Shown piece by piece: positions 8,642 through 16,552 of a stretch of 64,000 bases of DNA (the stretch's first letter is position 1; every line of letters starts with the position of its first letter). The DNA lies in contig CAVTYE010000001.1 in NCBI GenBank assembly GCA_963738925.1, positions 192,609 through 256,608 on the forward strand. The letters are read 5' to 3'. The notes below the pieces were generated by a model. It worked only from the letters and a program-made list of their open reading frames with translations. It was not told where the DNA came from and did no database searches. The translations under genes and the position numbers were made by a program. This stretch comes from an uncultured Chloroflexia bacterium. Its GTDB lineage: Bacteria; Chloroflexota; Dehalococcoidia; SM23-28-2; RBG-16-64-32.

Positions 8642-8823
8642 CTGTCAACGAATGCAGACCGAATTACCAAATCACCACGTTAGCACCAGATTCGATTGTT
8701 CGTTCCGCCGAAGGCCATTCGGTGACAACGCACATTCCTGTCAACGAATCCAGACCGAATTACCGAATCACCACGTTAGCGCCAGATTCGGTCATTCGTT
8801 CCGCCGAAGGCCATTCGCTGACA
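8642..8823. repeat. two tandem copies of an about 86-nt unit at exact 96-bp period, in an intergenic region
   Basis: Copy 1 is 8642-8727 and copy 2 is 8738-8823: CTGTCAACGAAT(G/C)CAGACCGAATTACC(A/G)AATCACCACGTTAGC(A/G)CCAGATTCG(A/G)T(T/C)(G/A)TTCGTTCCGCCGAAGGCCATTCG(G/C)TGACA, with about 7 differences. Each unit holds CGAAT...ATTCG inverted segments, for example ACCGAAT/ATTCGGT. Confidence 0.85.
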
Positions 8824-8826
8824 GCC

Positions 8827-9588
8827 TTACTTCACGAACAGGACAATCGCCGCAATCGTCCCGTAGACGATCACGAACCGCCGCAGCCACTCCGGCCGGA
8901 GCTTGCGGGCCAGTCCGACGCCCAGGTAGCCGCCGGCCACGGCAAACGCGGCCATCAGCGCGGCCGCGCTCCATTGCACCGGCCCGAAGGCGATGAAGTA
9001 GGCCACCGCAACGCCGTTCACGATCGCCGCCAGGATGCCCTTCAGGGAGTTGGAGTTGTGCAGGTTGTCGGGCATTAGGATGGAGAGGAACGCCAGGATG
9101 ATGATCCCGAAACCAGCGCCAAAGTAGCCGCCGTAGATCGCCGCGACGAAGACGACGACCTGCAACAGCAGCGGCACGTGATCGACGCCGGTGGAAGCGA
9201 CGTTGCGGCGCTGCATGAACCCGCCGAGCCGCTCCTGGAACACCATGATGGCGACGGCCCCGAGGATCAGGAAGGGCACGATCGCATCAAAGGTGTCCGA
9301 GGACGTGGCCAGCAACAGCGCCGAACCCAGGAGCGCGCCGGCGATGGCCGGAACCAGCAGCGCGACGATCCGTTTAGGCTGGCGCCCGAGCTCATCGCGA
9401 TAGGCCACCGATCCGCCGACCATCCCCGGCCAGATCGCCACGGAGTTGGTGACGTTGGCGGCCTTGGAGTCGTAGCCGGCGGCCAGGAGCGCGGGAAAGC
9501 TGATCAGGGAGCCGCCGCCGGCCACGGCGTTGATCGCCCCGGTCACGAAGGCGGCAGTAGCCAACCCGACGATTTCAAGGATGCTCAT
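8827..9588 (-). CDS. sulfite exporter TauE/SafE family membrane protein
   Basis: 253-aa polytopic membrane ORF with Gly-rich helices (AVAGGGSLISFPALL, YGGYFGAGFGIIILA) typical of DUF81/TauE. Confidence 0.8.
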   Translation of the reverse strand: MSILEIVGLATAAFVTGAINAVAGGGSLISFPALLAAGYDSKAANVTNSVAIWPGMVGGSVAYRDELGRQPKRIVALLVPAIAGALLGSALLLATSSDTFDAIVPFLILGAVAIMVFQERLGGFMQRRNVASTGVDHVPLLLQVVVFVAAIYGGYFGAGFGIIILAFLSILMPDNLHNSNSLKGILAAIVNGVAVAYFIAFGPVQWSAAALMAAFAVAGGYLGVGLARKLRPEWLRRFVIVYGTIAAIVLFVK

Positions 9589-9640
9589 TAGCCACAGGTT
9601 TTCACAGATGCCGGTCTGTGGCTACAAGGGACGCCCGGCC

Positions 9641-10033
9641 TCAACGGCGGCGGCGCGCGATCGGTCCCAGCAGCTTGGCCACGAGACGGGAGACGACGCC
9701 CGGCTTCTTGTCGCCTTCCGCCCAGATCCGCTCGGCGCGGGTGACCTGCCAGGCCTCGCCCTGCTTGTGCCAGCGGCTGCGGACGACGAACGAATCGTCG
9801 CGGGCGAAGTAGCGGATGTCGACCATGTAGTCGCCGCCGGTCTCGCTGGCCGCGTCGACCTCGAAGCGGTTGACGCGGGGCGGGACTCCGGGAAACGATG
9901 CGCGCAGGGTGTCGATCGCCTCCGGAGTCAGGTACTTGGCGTAGCCCTGGATGTTCATCGCGAGCCGCGCCTGCGACTGGTCGGTGACGGCGGCCAGCAG
10001 GTCGGCGGGCAGCGCGGAGGCGGCGTCGCTCAT
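9641..10033 (-). CDS. hypothetical protein
   Basis: 130-aa ORF with coding-like composition. No recognisable motif. Confidence 0.5.
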   Translation of the reverse strand: MSDAASALPADLLAAVTDQSQARLAMNIQGYAKYLTPEAIDTLRASFPGVPPRVNRFEVDAASETGGDYMVDIRYFARDDSFVVRSRWHKQGEAWQVTRAERIWAEGDKKPGVVSRLVAKLLGPIARRRR

Positions 10034-10096
10034 CGGAGATCAGATCGCGTTCTTGGCATCGTTGTTCCAGTCTACAGGAAGGGCTTCTGAACCGGG

Positions 10097-10102
10097 TATG
10101 AT
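10097..10102 (+). promoter_or_regulatory. -10-like box TATGAT 6 nt upstream of the nagA ATG (candidate leaderless promoter)
   Basis: TATGAT at 10097-10102, ATG at 10109, no SD. Confidence 0.35.
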
Positions 10103-10108
10103 AGGGCG

Positions 10109-11260
10109 ATGGCCGGGATAGCGCTACTGCGGGGGGCGCGCGTTCTCCTGCCCGGCGGCGCCATCGAGGCCGCGGACGTGCTGCTGCAAGACGGCCGGAT
10201 CTCCGCCGTTGGCCCCTCCATGACTGCGCCTCCGAACGCTGAGGTCATCGACCTGGGCGGCCTGACCCTGGCGCCGGGCTTCATCGATGTGCACGTCCAC
10301 GGCGGCGGCGGCGTCTCGCTCCTCAACGCGGACACGGCCGAGGTCGAGCGCTACTCCGAATGGGCAGCCTCTCGCGGCGTGACCGGCTTCCTGGCGACGA
10401 TCTGCGGCGCCAACCTGGAGCACGGCCTGGCCTGCGCCAAAGCCGCGAGCTCGGCGAAGACCGAGGGAGCGCGCTTGCTCGGCATCAACTTCGAAGGGCC
10501 GTTCGTCAGCCCCGACCGACGCGGCGCGCTGCCGAAGGACTGGCTCCGCAGCCCGGACGCCGGCGTTCTCGACCGACTTCTGGACAGCGGCGACGTGCGC
10601 GTGATGACGATCGCGCCCGAGCTGGACGGGGCCGATGCGGTGATCCGGCGGGCGCTGGATCGCGGCGTCAGGGTATCCGTCGGCCACAGCGACGCCACTT
10701 ACGACGTCGCCCTTCGCGCGTTCCAGGCCGGGGCCTCGCACGTCACGCACGCCTTCAACGCGATGCGGCCGCTACACCACCGGGAGCCCGGCCCGATCGG
10801 TGCTGCCGTCGCGGCGGCCGGCGTGACGGTGGAGGTCATCGCCGATGGCGTTCACCTGCATCCCGCCACCGTCCGCCTACTGATCGAAGCGCTTGGCCCC
10901 GACCGCGTCTGTTTGATCACGGACGCTGTGACCCCGGCCGGGCTGGACTCCGGCAGCTTCCGCATCGGCCGCGAAGAGGCGTCGCTCCGGGACGGCTCAA
11001 TCCGCCTGCCGGACGGGACGATCGCCGGCAGCGCGGCGACGATGGACACCGTCGTCCGGAACGTCGTCGAGTGGGGCTGCAGCGATCTCTCAGGCGCCCT
11101 GCGAATGGCCACGGAGGTGCCGGCGCGGGTCGCCGGCGTCGGTGGCCGGTCAGGCGCCATCGCCCCCGGTTTCGACGCTGACCTGATCGCCTTGACGCAG
11201 GATTTGCGGGTCGCGCGTACCTGGGTGGCCGGCCGCGTCGTTTACTCATTGGCCGCGTGA
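10109..11260 (+). CDS. nagA: N-acetylglucosamine-6-phosphate deacetylase
   Basis: 383-aa ORF with PGFIDVHVHGGGG, NFEGPF, GHSDATY, THAFNAM and ADGVH, the amidohydrolase NagA signatures. Confidence 0.9.
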   Translation: MAGIALLRGARVLLPGGAIEAADVLLQDGRISAVGPSMTAPPNAEVIDLGGLTLAPGFIDVHVHGGGGVSLLNADTAEVERYSEWAASRGVTGFLATICGANLEHGLACAKAASSAKTEGARLLGINFEGPFVSPDRRGALPKDWLRSPDAGVLDRLLDSGDVRVMTIAPELDGADAVIRRALDRGVRVSVGHSDATYDVALRAFQAGASHVTHAFNAMRPLHHREPGPIGAAVAAAGVTVEVIADGVHLHPATVRLLIEALGPDRVCLITDAVTPAGLDSGSFRIGREEASLRDGSIRLPDGTIAGSAATMDTVVRNVVEWGCSDLSGALRMATEVPARVAGVGGRSGAIAPGFDADLIALTQDLRVARTWVAGRVVYSLAA

Positions 11261-11308
11261 TGCGTTCTCTAAGGAAGCAACCTATCGCATATTCAGATAA
11301 GGCGGAGA

Positions 11309-11314
11309 TATAAT
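11309..11314 (+). promoter_or_regulatory. -10 box TATAAT 8 nt upstream of the RDD-gene ATG (candidate leaderless promoter)
   Basis: TATAAT at 11309-11314; ATG at 11323. Confidence 0.4.
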
Positions 11315-11322
11315 TGGCGACG

Positions 11323-11823
11323 ATGGCTACAATCGAACAAGCGCCGGTGTTCGAGAATCCAAGCCCGGAAGAGTACCTGGAGCTGCCTTATGCCGGCAGC
11401 GGACTGCGCATTGTCGCCGCGATTCTTGACCTGATCGTGCTCGGCTCTGTCTTTCTGCTTTTCGTCGCGGCCTCCGGCTTCTACCTCCTGACCCAGACGG
11501 ACTGGGGCAACGAGTCCACCTACACGAACTCTGAAGGCTACACGGCGATGGCGATCCTCTGCTCGTCGGCCTTCGTGGTCCCTATCTACTTCTTCTGCTG
11601 CTGGTGGTGGCGCGGCCAGAGCGTGGGCCAGATGGCCGTCCGCATCATGGTGACCGACCGCGATGGCTACCACCTGTCTGTCTCCCAGGCCTTGCGGCGC
11701 ACCTTCCTCTGGCCGCTCAGCGCCCTGCCGCTCGGCATCGGCTTCCTGACGATGTTCTTCGACCGCGAAGGGCGTACGTTGCACGACATGCTGTCCGGCA
11801 CCGTCGTCCTCGAAGTTCCCTGA
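11323..11823 (+). CDS. RDD family membrane protein
   Basis: The ORF track starts at TTG 11314; ATG 11323 is preferred. AGSGLRIVAAILDLIVLG...WWWRGQSVGQMAVRIMVTDRDG...REGRTLHDMLSGTVV is the RDD domain pattern. Confidence 0.8.
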   Translation: MATIEQAPVFENPSPEEYLELPYAGSGLRIVAAILDLIVLGSVFLLFVAASGFYLLTQTDWGNESTYTNSEGYTAMAILCSSAFVVPIYFFCCWWWRGQSVGQMAVRIMVTDRDGYHLSVSQALRRTFLWPLSALPLGIGFLTMFFDREGRTLHDMLSGTVVLEVP

Positions 11824-11910
11824 AGCCCTTCTCACAAAACTTTCACGTTTGGCTAATACTCTGGGCGCATGCTTACGCCCTGCAGACACGACCCTCCGGT
11901 AACGCTTTCG

Positions 11911-11916
11911 TATAAT
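11911..11916 (+). promoter_or_regulatory. -10 box TATAAT ahead of the first gene of the copper operon
   Basis: TATAAT at 11911-11916; GTG start at 11928. The -35 is weak. Confidence 0.3.
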
Positions 11917-11927
11917 CGGTAACGATC

Positions 11928-12431
11928 GTGCCTTCAACACGCCGGCGCCGTGGGCGCAACCGTAAACAAGGGATCATGGACAGCGCCTGGGGAGCAGTCC
12001 TGGGCCTGATCTTCGTGGCCTTCATCGCCGCCTCCTTCCTGCTTGGCCACATCACCGGCGCCAACGCGGGCGGCTGCGATAAGCCGCTGGCGGCGCTACC
12101 GGGCGGGACGACGATCTCCGCCGATGCCTTCATCGCCGAGGACGCCTCGCTCGCCCAAGTGATCGACTACTTGCAGAAGGGCGATTCCACCAGCGCCGAC
12201 AACACGTTCTACGGCCCCGTACACTCCTTTATGCACAACGCTGACCCGCCGATCCGCCAGGTTAGCGAGAGCCTGGCCCGGACGCTCTGCACCTCCGTCG
12301 TCCAGCTGGAGACGGACCTCCTGGCGGGGTCAGACGTCACCACTTACAAGCTCGCCGATGACACGGCGAAGGTCCGCGACGCCCTGCGCGATGGAGCCGT
12401 CGCGCTCGGCTACAGGAGGCCCGGCAGCTGA
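11928..12431 (+). CDS. membrane-anchored extracytoplasmic protein with an unrecognised Cys/H-x3-H helical domain (copy 1 of 4)
   Basis: Arg-rich N-tail (STRRRRGRNRKQG), one TM (WGAVLGLIFVAFIAASFLL), then CDKPL...FYGPVHSFMHNADPPIRQVSESLARTLCTSVVQLETD...DGAVALGYRRPGS. It is a clear paralogue of 18896..19450 and of both halves of 15587..16552. Confidence 0.7.
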   Translation: MPSTRRRRGRNRKQGIMDSAWGAVLGLIFVAFIAASFLLGHITGANAGGCDKPLAALPGGTTISADAFIAEDASLAQVIDYLQKGDSTSADNTFYGPVHSFMHNADPPIRQVSESLARTLCTSVVQLETDLLAGSDVTTYKLADDTAKVRDALRDGAVALGYRRPGS

Positions 12432-12811
12432 TGGCCACTCTCAGCCGTTACCTCAATCCGGCGCCGTCCCGGCGGGAGCGCCTGATTGCCTTTGGAGCCT
12501 GGTTTGTGCTGCTGGCCGCTCTCCTGCCGAACGTGACCTACATGGGCCACTGGCCGATCGGCGGTCTCGACGTTCACCTGGACTCCGGCGACGCCGCGGC
12601 CACGCTGGCCGAGCACGAGCAGCACTGCCACGTTGGGCCGGCCCACTGCGGCGGCGGCGAGAGCATGGTGGGCACACCCTTCGCCGGCGATGAGAGCGGC
12701 GCCCTCTCGCTCCCCGGCTCCGAGATCAAGTTCGATGCAGTCTACGATCAGCGCCCGCGGGACGGCTTCGCCGCGCGCATCCTCCAGCCGCCACAGGCCG
12801 CGTACCTCTAG
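12431..12811 (+). CDS. small membrane-anchored His/Cys-rich protein (putative metal-binding)
   Basis: 126 aa. The start overlaps the upstream stop (TGATG at 12429-12433). One TM (LIAFGAWFVLLAALLP), then HWPIGGLDVHLDS...EHEQHCHVGPAHCGGG. Confidence 0.6.
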   Translation: MATLSRYLNPAPSRRERLIAFGAWFVLLAALLPNVTYMGHWPIGGLDVHLDSGDAAATLAEHEQHCHVGPAHCGGGESMVGTPFAGDESGALSLPGSEIKFDAVYDQRPRDGFAARILQPPQAAYL

Positions 12812-12919
12812 CGTCCGCACGGAATTCAATCGCGCCCGCGCGATTCGGACGAATATCCAACATGCCTGCCTCGTGCTGTTTCCGCTCGGCCCGTGACCAG
12901 AGCGCCGCACGAGCGCACA

Positions 12920-13876
12920 ATGATAGGAAAGAGGAAACGTTTGACACTCAGAATTGCCGGATTCAGCGGCGGCGTAATCGTCGCCATCCTGGCGGCCCTG
13001 GCTGCCGTCACCATTGTTTCCGCCCACGCCAAGGTGACGGAAGTAGCATGGGACAACCCGACTAATCCAACGAAAGTCACGGCGACGGCGGTTGAAGAGA
13101 TCGCCGACACCGCCGGGACGTACTCGCTCAAGGTCTACAACTCCGACAACGTCGAGGTCGACAAGGGCGACACCACCATCGATCCTACGGACGCGACGAT
13201 GATGAGCGTCTCCGTCAACGCCAACCTGCCGAACGGCGTCTACCGGGTGGACTGGGCGACTGTCTCCGCCGGCGACGGAGACGCCGCCAACGATTCGCTT
13301 CAACTCGGGCTTGGCGTGGCGCTGACAACACCAAGCCCGACGCCGGCCCACAAGGCTTCGGTCACGGCGACGTTGACCGCGCTCAACAGCTCGGGCGTCA
13401 GCGGGACCGCCGTGCTAACTCCCACCGATGACGGCGGCACCGAGGTTGTGGTGAACCTCACCGGCCTGGCCCCCAACACGACCCACATCGAGCACGTGCA
13501 CGTGGGGGCCACGTGCGCCAGCCAGGCATCCCAGCTTGGCGATCACCTCGTAGACCTGGACGACATCACCGCTGACGCCTCCGGCAACGGAACGTCGGAC
13601 ACCGATGCGGATGTGGCTTTCGTAACGATCGCTGACGGGACCAACAAGATCGCCGTTCACGCCGGCCCGGACGCCTCGACGGACGCGAACAAAGTCCCCA
13701 TCGCCTGCGGGGCCATCCCCTCAGCCCTGACCGCAGCGACCGTCCCGTCCACCGGCGGCGCACCCGCGGCAGAGTCCTCGAGCTGGCTCCTCCTCGTGGT
13801 GTCCGGCTTCGCGATCTCAGCCACCGGATTCGCCGGCCTGGTGCTCTCCCGGCGGCGGGCGACTGAAGGCGACTGA
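12920..13876 (+). CDS. CopC-domain / Cu,Zn-superoxide-dismutase-like fusion protein with an LPXTG-like C-terminal sorting signal
   Basis: Start set to ATG 12920 (MIGKRKRLTL...). The signal peptide ends at SAHA-KV, with a CopC-like N-terminal His. CopC pattern LPNGVYRVDWATVSAGDGD. SodC-like GTAVLTPTDDGGTEVVVNLTGLAPNTTHIEHVHVGATC...IAVHAGPD...PIACGAIP. The tail is VPSTGG plus a hydrophobic stretch plus RRRATEGD. Confidence 0.8.
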   Translation: MIGKRKRLTLRIAGFSGGVIVAILAALAAVTIVSAHAKVTEVAWDNPTNPTKVTATAVEEIADTAGTYSLKVYNSDNVEVDKGDTTIDPTDATMMSVSVNANLPNGVYRVDWATVSAGDGDAANDSLQLGLGVALTTPSPTPAHKASVTATLTALNSSGVSGTAVLTPTDDGGTEVVVNLTGLAPNTTHIEHVHVGATCASQASQLGDHLVDLDDITADASGNGTSDTDADVAFVTIADGTNKIAVHAGPDASTDANKVPIACGAIPSALTAATVPSTGGAPAAESSSWLLLVVSGFAISATGFAGLVLSRRRATEGD

Positions 13877-13902
13877 TCCGGAACGAAGGAAGGAAGACGC
13901 AG

Positions 13903-14514
13903 ATGCTATCAAGAACGCAGGCGGCCGCAGCGACACTCATCGTGTCGCTGGCGGCCGCGTTGGGCATGCTGGTGCTGCTCCCGGCGGTTGGGGTCTCCGC
14001 CCACGCCGCCTACGACCACTCCACGCCGGAGGCCGATTCCGTGGTCGCAGCGGCGCCGGCCCAGGTCGATGTCTACTTCAAGCAGGAGATGGCGCGCGGC
14101 AACGGACTGCCAACACTGACCGTGGCCGCCGACAGCGGCGACATCGTCTCCGGGGACAGCGTGCTGGACGACAACGACCGTACTCACATGTCCGTCCCGC
14201 TGGACGCTGACCTCCCGGACGGGCGCTACACGGTGGTCTGGCACAACGTCTCGGCAGACGATGGCGACGAGGCCACCGGCGTGTTCTTCTTCTATGTCGG
14301 CAGCGGGCCGGAGCCATCTGTGACCGCGCCGCCCGGTTCAGCTACCACCGGGGCAACTGGCACACCCATCGCTACGGCAACCGTCAAACCGGCCGAGAAC
14401 GAAGACGGCGACAGCGGAGACATCCCCGTCTGGGGCCTGATCGCCGGCATCGTCGGCGGGCTGGTCGTCGGCGGCGGCGGTGGCCTCGCTTTTGGGAGAC
14501 GAGGCGGGAGTTGA
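13903..14514 (+). CDS. copC: CopC-domain copper resistance protein with a C-terminal membrane anchor
   Basis: SD AAGGAAGGAAG precedes the ATG. The signal peptide ends at VSAHA-AY. STPEADSVV...PDGRYTVVWHNVSADDGDEATGVFFFYVG is the CopC pattern, and there is a Gly-rich C-terminal TM. Confidence 0.85.
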   Translation: MLSRTQAAAATLIVSLAAALGMLVLLPAVGVSAHAAYDHSTPEADSVVAAAPAQVDVYFKQEMARGNGLPTLTVAADSGDIVSGDSVLDDNDRTHMSVPLDADLPDGRYTVVWHNVSADDGDEATGVFFFYVGSGPEPSVTAPPGSATTGATGTPIATATVKPAENEDGDSGDIPVWGLIAGIVGGLVVGGGGGLAFGRRGGS

Positions 14515-15587
14515 ACCGACGCTTGCTCGGGACTGTGGCCGCGTCAACGGTCGCCCTGGCGATCGTGCTGCTGGTCATCTCCTGTGCAAGCAAGACCGAC
14601 AACAATAAGCCCGGGACCGCGACGCCGACCGCGGTCCCGGGCTCGTCCACGCCGGCGCCCCGTGACGCCTACCTCATGTACCACGACGATCACAACGACA
14701 TCATCGTCCGCGACCTCGCCTCCGGAGCCACGTACACGCACGTTCCCGTTGACATCACGTCCGAAGTGATCGTGCAGACGCGCTGCTCGGATGACGGGAC
14801 CCGCATCGCCTACCTGGACCAGGTCTTCGCCGACGCCGCGCACCGCCGGATCATCATTCGCGGCGCCAACGCCCCGGCGGACCCGGTCACGGTCCCCGCG
14901 CAGACCCAGTGGATCGCCTGGTCGCCGGACGGCACCAGGTTGGCCGTGGTGCTCTGGGACAGCAAGGACAAGAAGGCCACCCTGGGCATCCTGGACGTCA
15001 ACAGCGGCGACCTCTCCACGATCATGGAGGGGGACCAGTACATCGGAAACATCGCCTGGTCACCGGCGGGCGACCGCATCGCCTTCTACCTGGAGAACAC
15101 CGCCAACACCAGCAGCGACATCTACACAATTGACGCGACCGGCCAGAACCTGGTCCAGCTGACCCACGGCAACGACGAAGTCACCTGGCTCGACCCATCC
15201 TGGTCCCCCGACGGCTCGACCATCCTGTCGGCCGGTGTGGAGAGCAATACGATCCAGCTCTACAACATCGACCCGAACAGCGGCGACTCCAGGCCGCTGA
15301 CATCGACCACTGATATCTACAAGCGAAACCCCTACTACTCCCCGGACGGCAGCATCATCGCCTACACCGGCTCCGTCGTCTTGCAGGGCGTTGCCGTTTC
15401 GGCGGACGCTCTGCACCAGTTCGCGATCTTCACGATCAACCCGGACGGCAGCGACGACAAGGCCCTCACCGCCGACCCGCGTGGCACAACGCCCGGGCCC
15501 AACGACCCGTACCTCAACGCATACATGCTCGGCTGGTGCGCCGCCGGGCCCTGGCTGGACGACCTGTGGACGGAGACAACGCCCTAG
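14511..15587 (+). CDS. TolB-like (PD40/WD40-like) beta-propeller lipoprotein
   Basis: The TTG start overlaps the upstream stop (TTGA). Lipobox LLVISC. Repeated W/YSPDG units are present: IAWSPDGTRLA, IAWSPAGDRIA, PSWSPDGSTIL and PYYSPDGSIIA. Confidence 0.8.
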   Translation: MNRRLLGTVAASTVALAIVLLVISCASKTDNNKPGTATPTAVPGSSTPAPRDAYLMYHDDHNDIIVRDLASGATYTHVPVDITSEVIVQTRCSDDGTRIAYLDQVFADAAHRRIIIRGANAPADPVTVPAQTQWIAWSPDGTRLAVVLWDSKDKKATLGILDVNSGDLSTIMEGDQYIGNIAWSPAGDRIAFYLENTANTSSDIYTIDATGQNLVQLTHGNDEVTWLDPSWSPDGSTILSAGVESNTIQLYNIDPNSGDSRPLTSTTDIYKRNPYYSPDGSIIAYTGSVVLQGVAVSADALHQFAIFTINPDGSDDKALTADPRGTTPGPNDPYLNAYMLGWCAAGPWLDDLWTETTP

Positions 15588-16552
15588 TGCTTCTGCACGT
15601 CGGTGCGACGACGCCGGCAGGCGTAGCGGCGGTGATCACCGTCATCTTTCTCCTCATCTTCGCGATGAGCTTCGCCTTCGGGCCCATCCCGGAAGGCAGC
15701 GGCCGGCTGGACAAGTCCTGGGTCCGGGCCTGGCTGCGCGCCTCGCTCCCCCGCTTCGCCATCGCCGGTGCCTTCGCCGGTGCCGTGCTGATCGGCGCTC
15801 TCGTCTGGGGCAGCGCCGGCTCCAGCTCCGCCTCGGGCTGCAACAACCCGCTGCCCCCGCTCACAGGCACATCCATCACCGACGCCCGGATCGTGCTCGC
15901 CATCCAGACCCTCAACGACATGGCCACCGCCGCCGACCAGGGCGACCGTGACCGCATCCGCACGCTCTTCTTCACCGAGGACGCGCACAACCTCTCCCAC
16001 GACATCGACCGGCCGCTGCGCCAGCTGGACGACAGCCTGGCGCGGCAGCTCTGCCAGAACGTGATCGCCCTGGAGAACCAGATCGCCGGGCCTGTCGACC
16101 CCGCCGCCGTCGCCATAGACGTCCGCGCCATCGCTGACAACTTCCAGCAGGCGCGCGGCATCCTCAGCGCCGGTTCTATCGTCACGCCCTCGGTCGCCGG
16201 CACCCTCGATCCCTGCTCGCAGCCTTTGCAGGCGATCACGACGGACCGGCTCACCCCGGAGCGGATTCAGTCCGCGATCGACGAGATGCGGCGGGCCGGC
16301 CAGCTGGCCGCGGCCGGGGACGAGGCCGGGGCGGAGGCCGCATTCGTCGCCGACCCGCACAACCTTACGCACGACATCGACGGCCCGCTGCGCGGCGTCG
16401 ATATGGGCCTGGCGCTCGACCTCTGCCACAGCATCGTCTCCATCGAACTGCACCTGGGTGACAAGTACGACGCCCAGGTGATGCAGACCGAGGCCGCCAG
16501 GAGCGCCGACTACCTGCAGCAGGCCGGCCAGGCGCTGGGGATCCTCTCGTGA
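15587..16552 (+). CDS. membrane-anchored protein with two tandem copies of the unrecognised Cys/H-x3-H domain (copies 2 and 3)
   Basis: GTG 15587 overlaps the upstream TAG (TAGTG); an alternative upstream start lies at 15536. After the TM segments: CNNPL...FFTEDAHNLSHDIDRPLRQLDDSLARQLCQNVIALENQ, then CSQPL...FVADPHNLTHDIDGPLRGVDMGLALDLCHSIVSIELH. Confidence 0.7.
   Translation: MLLHVGATTPAGVAAVITVIFLLIFAMSFAFGPIPEGSGRLDKSWVRAWLRASLPRFAIAGAFAGAVLIGALVWGSAGSSSASGCNNPLPPLTGTSITDARIVLAIQTLNDMATAADQGDRDRIRTLFFTEDAHNLSHDIDRPLRQLDDSLARQLCQNVIALENQIAGPVDPAAVAIDVRAIADNFQQARGILSAGSIVTPSVAGTLDPCSQPLQAITTDRLTPERIQSAIDEMRRAGQLAAAGDEAGAEAAFVADPHNLTHDIDGPLRGVDMGLALDLCHSIVSIELHLGDKYDAQVMQTEAARSADYLQQAGQALGILS

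Noticed and set aside
8642-8823. Possible CRISPR array
   Set aside because: There are only two copies of a long unit of about 86 nt, separated by about 10 nt. There is no alternation of short repeats with unique spacers, and no cas genes in the window.
8557-9078. Track ORFs 8557..9078 and 8604..8996 running through the 96-bp tandem repeat and into the TauE gene
   Set aside because: Their sequences merely repeat with the DNA repeat, are Arg-rich, and overlap a convincing minus-strand membrane protein. They are treated as non-coding.
9601-9637. Hairpin AGCCACAG-N18-CTGTGGCT between the hypothetical gene and tauE
   Set aside because: No adjacent U-tract on either strand and no recognisable riboswitch features. 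The evidence is insufficient to call a terminator or regulatory RNA.
12828-12845. Palindrome AATCGCGC-CC-GCGCGATT between the His/Cys protein gene and the CopC-SodC gene; possible operator or attenuator
   Set aside because: It is short, GC-rich and lacks a T-tract. I know of no matching regulator motif, and it could arise by chance in GC-rich DNA. It is noted only.
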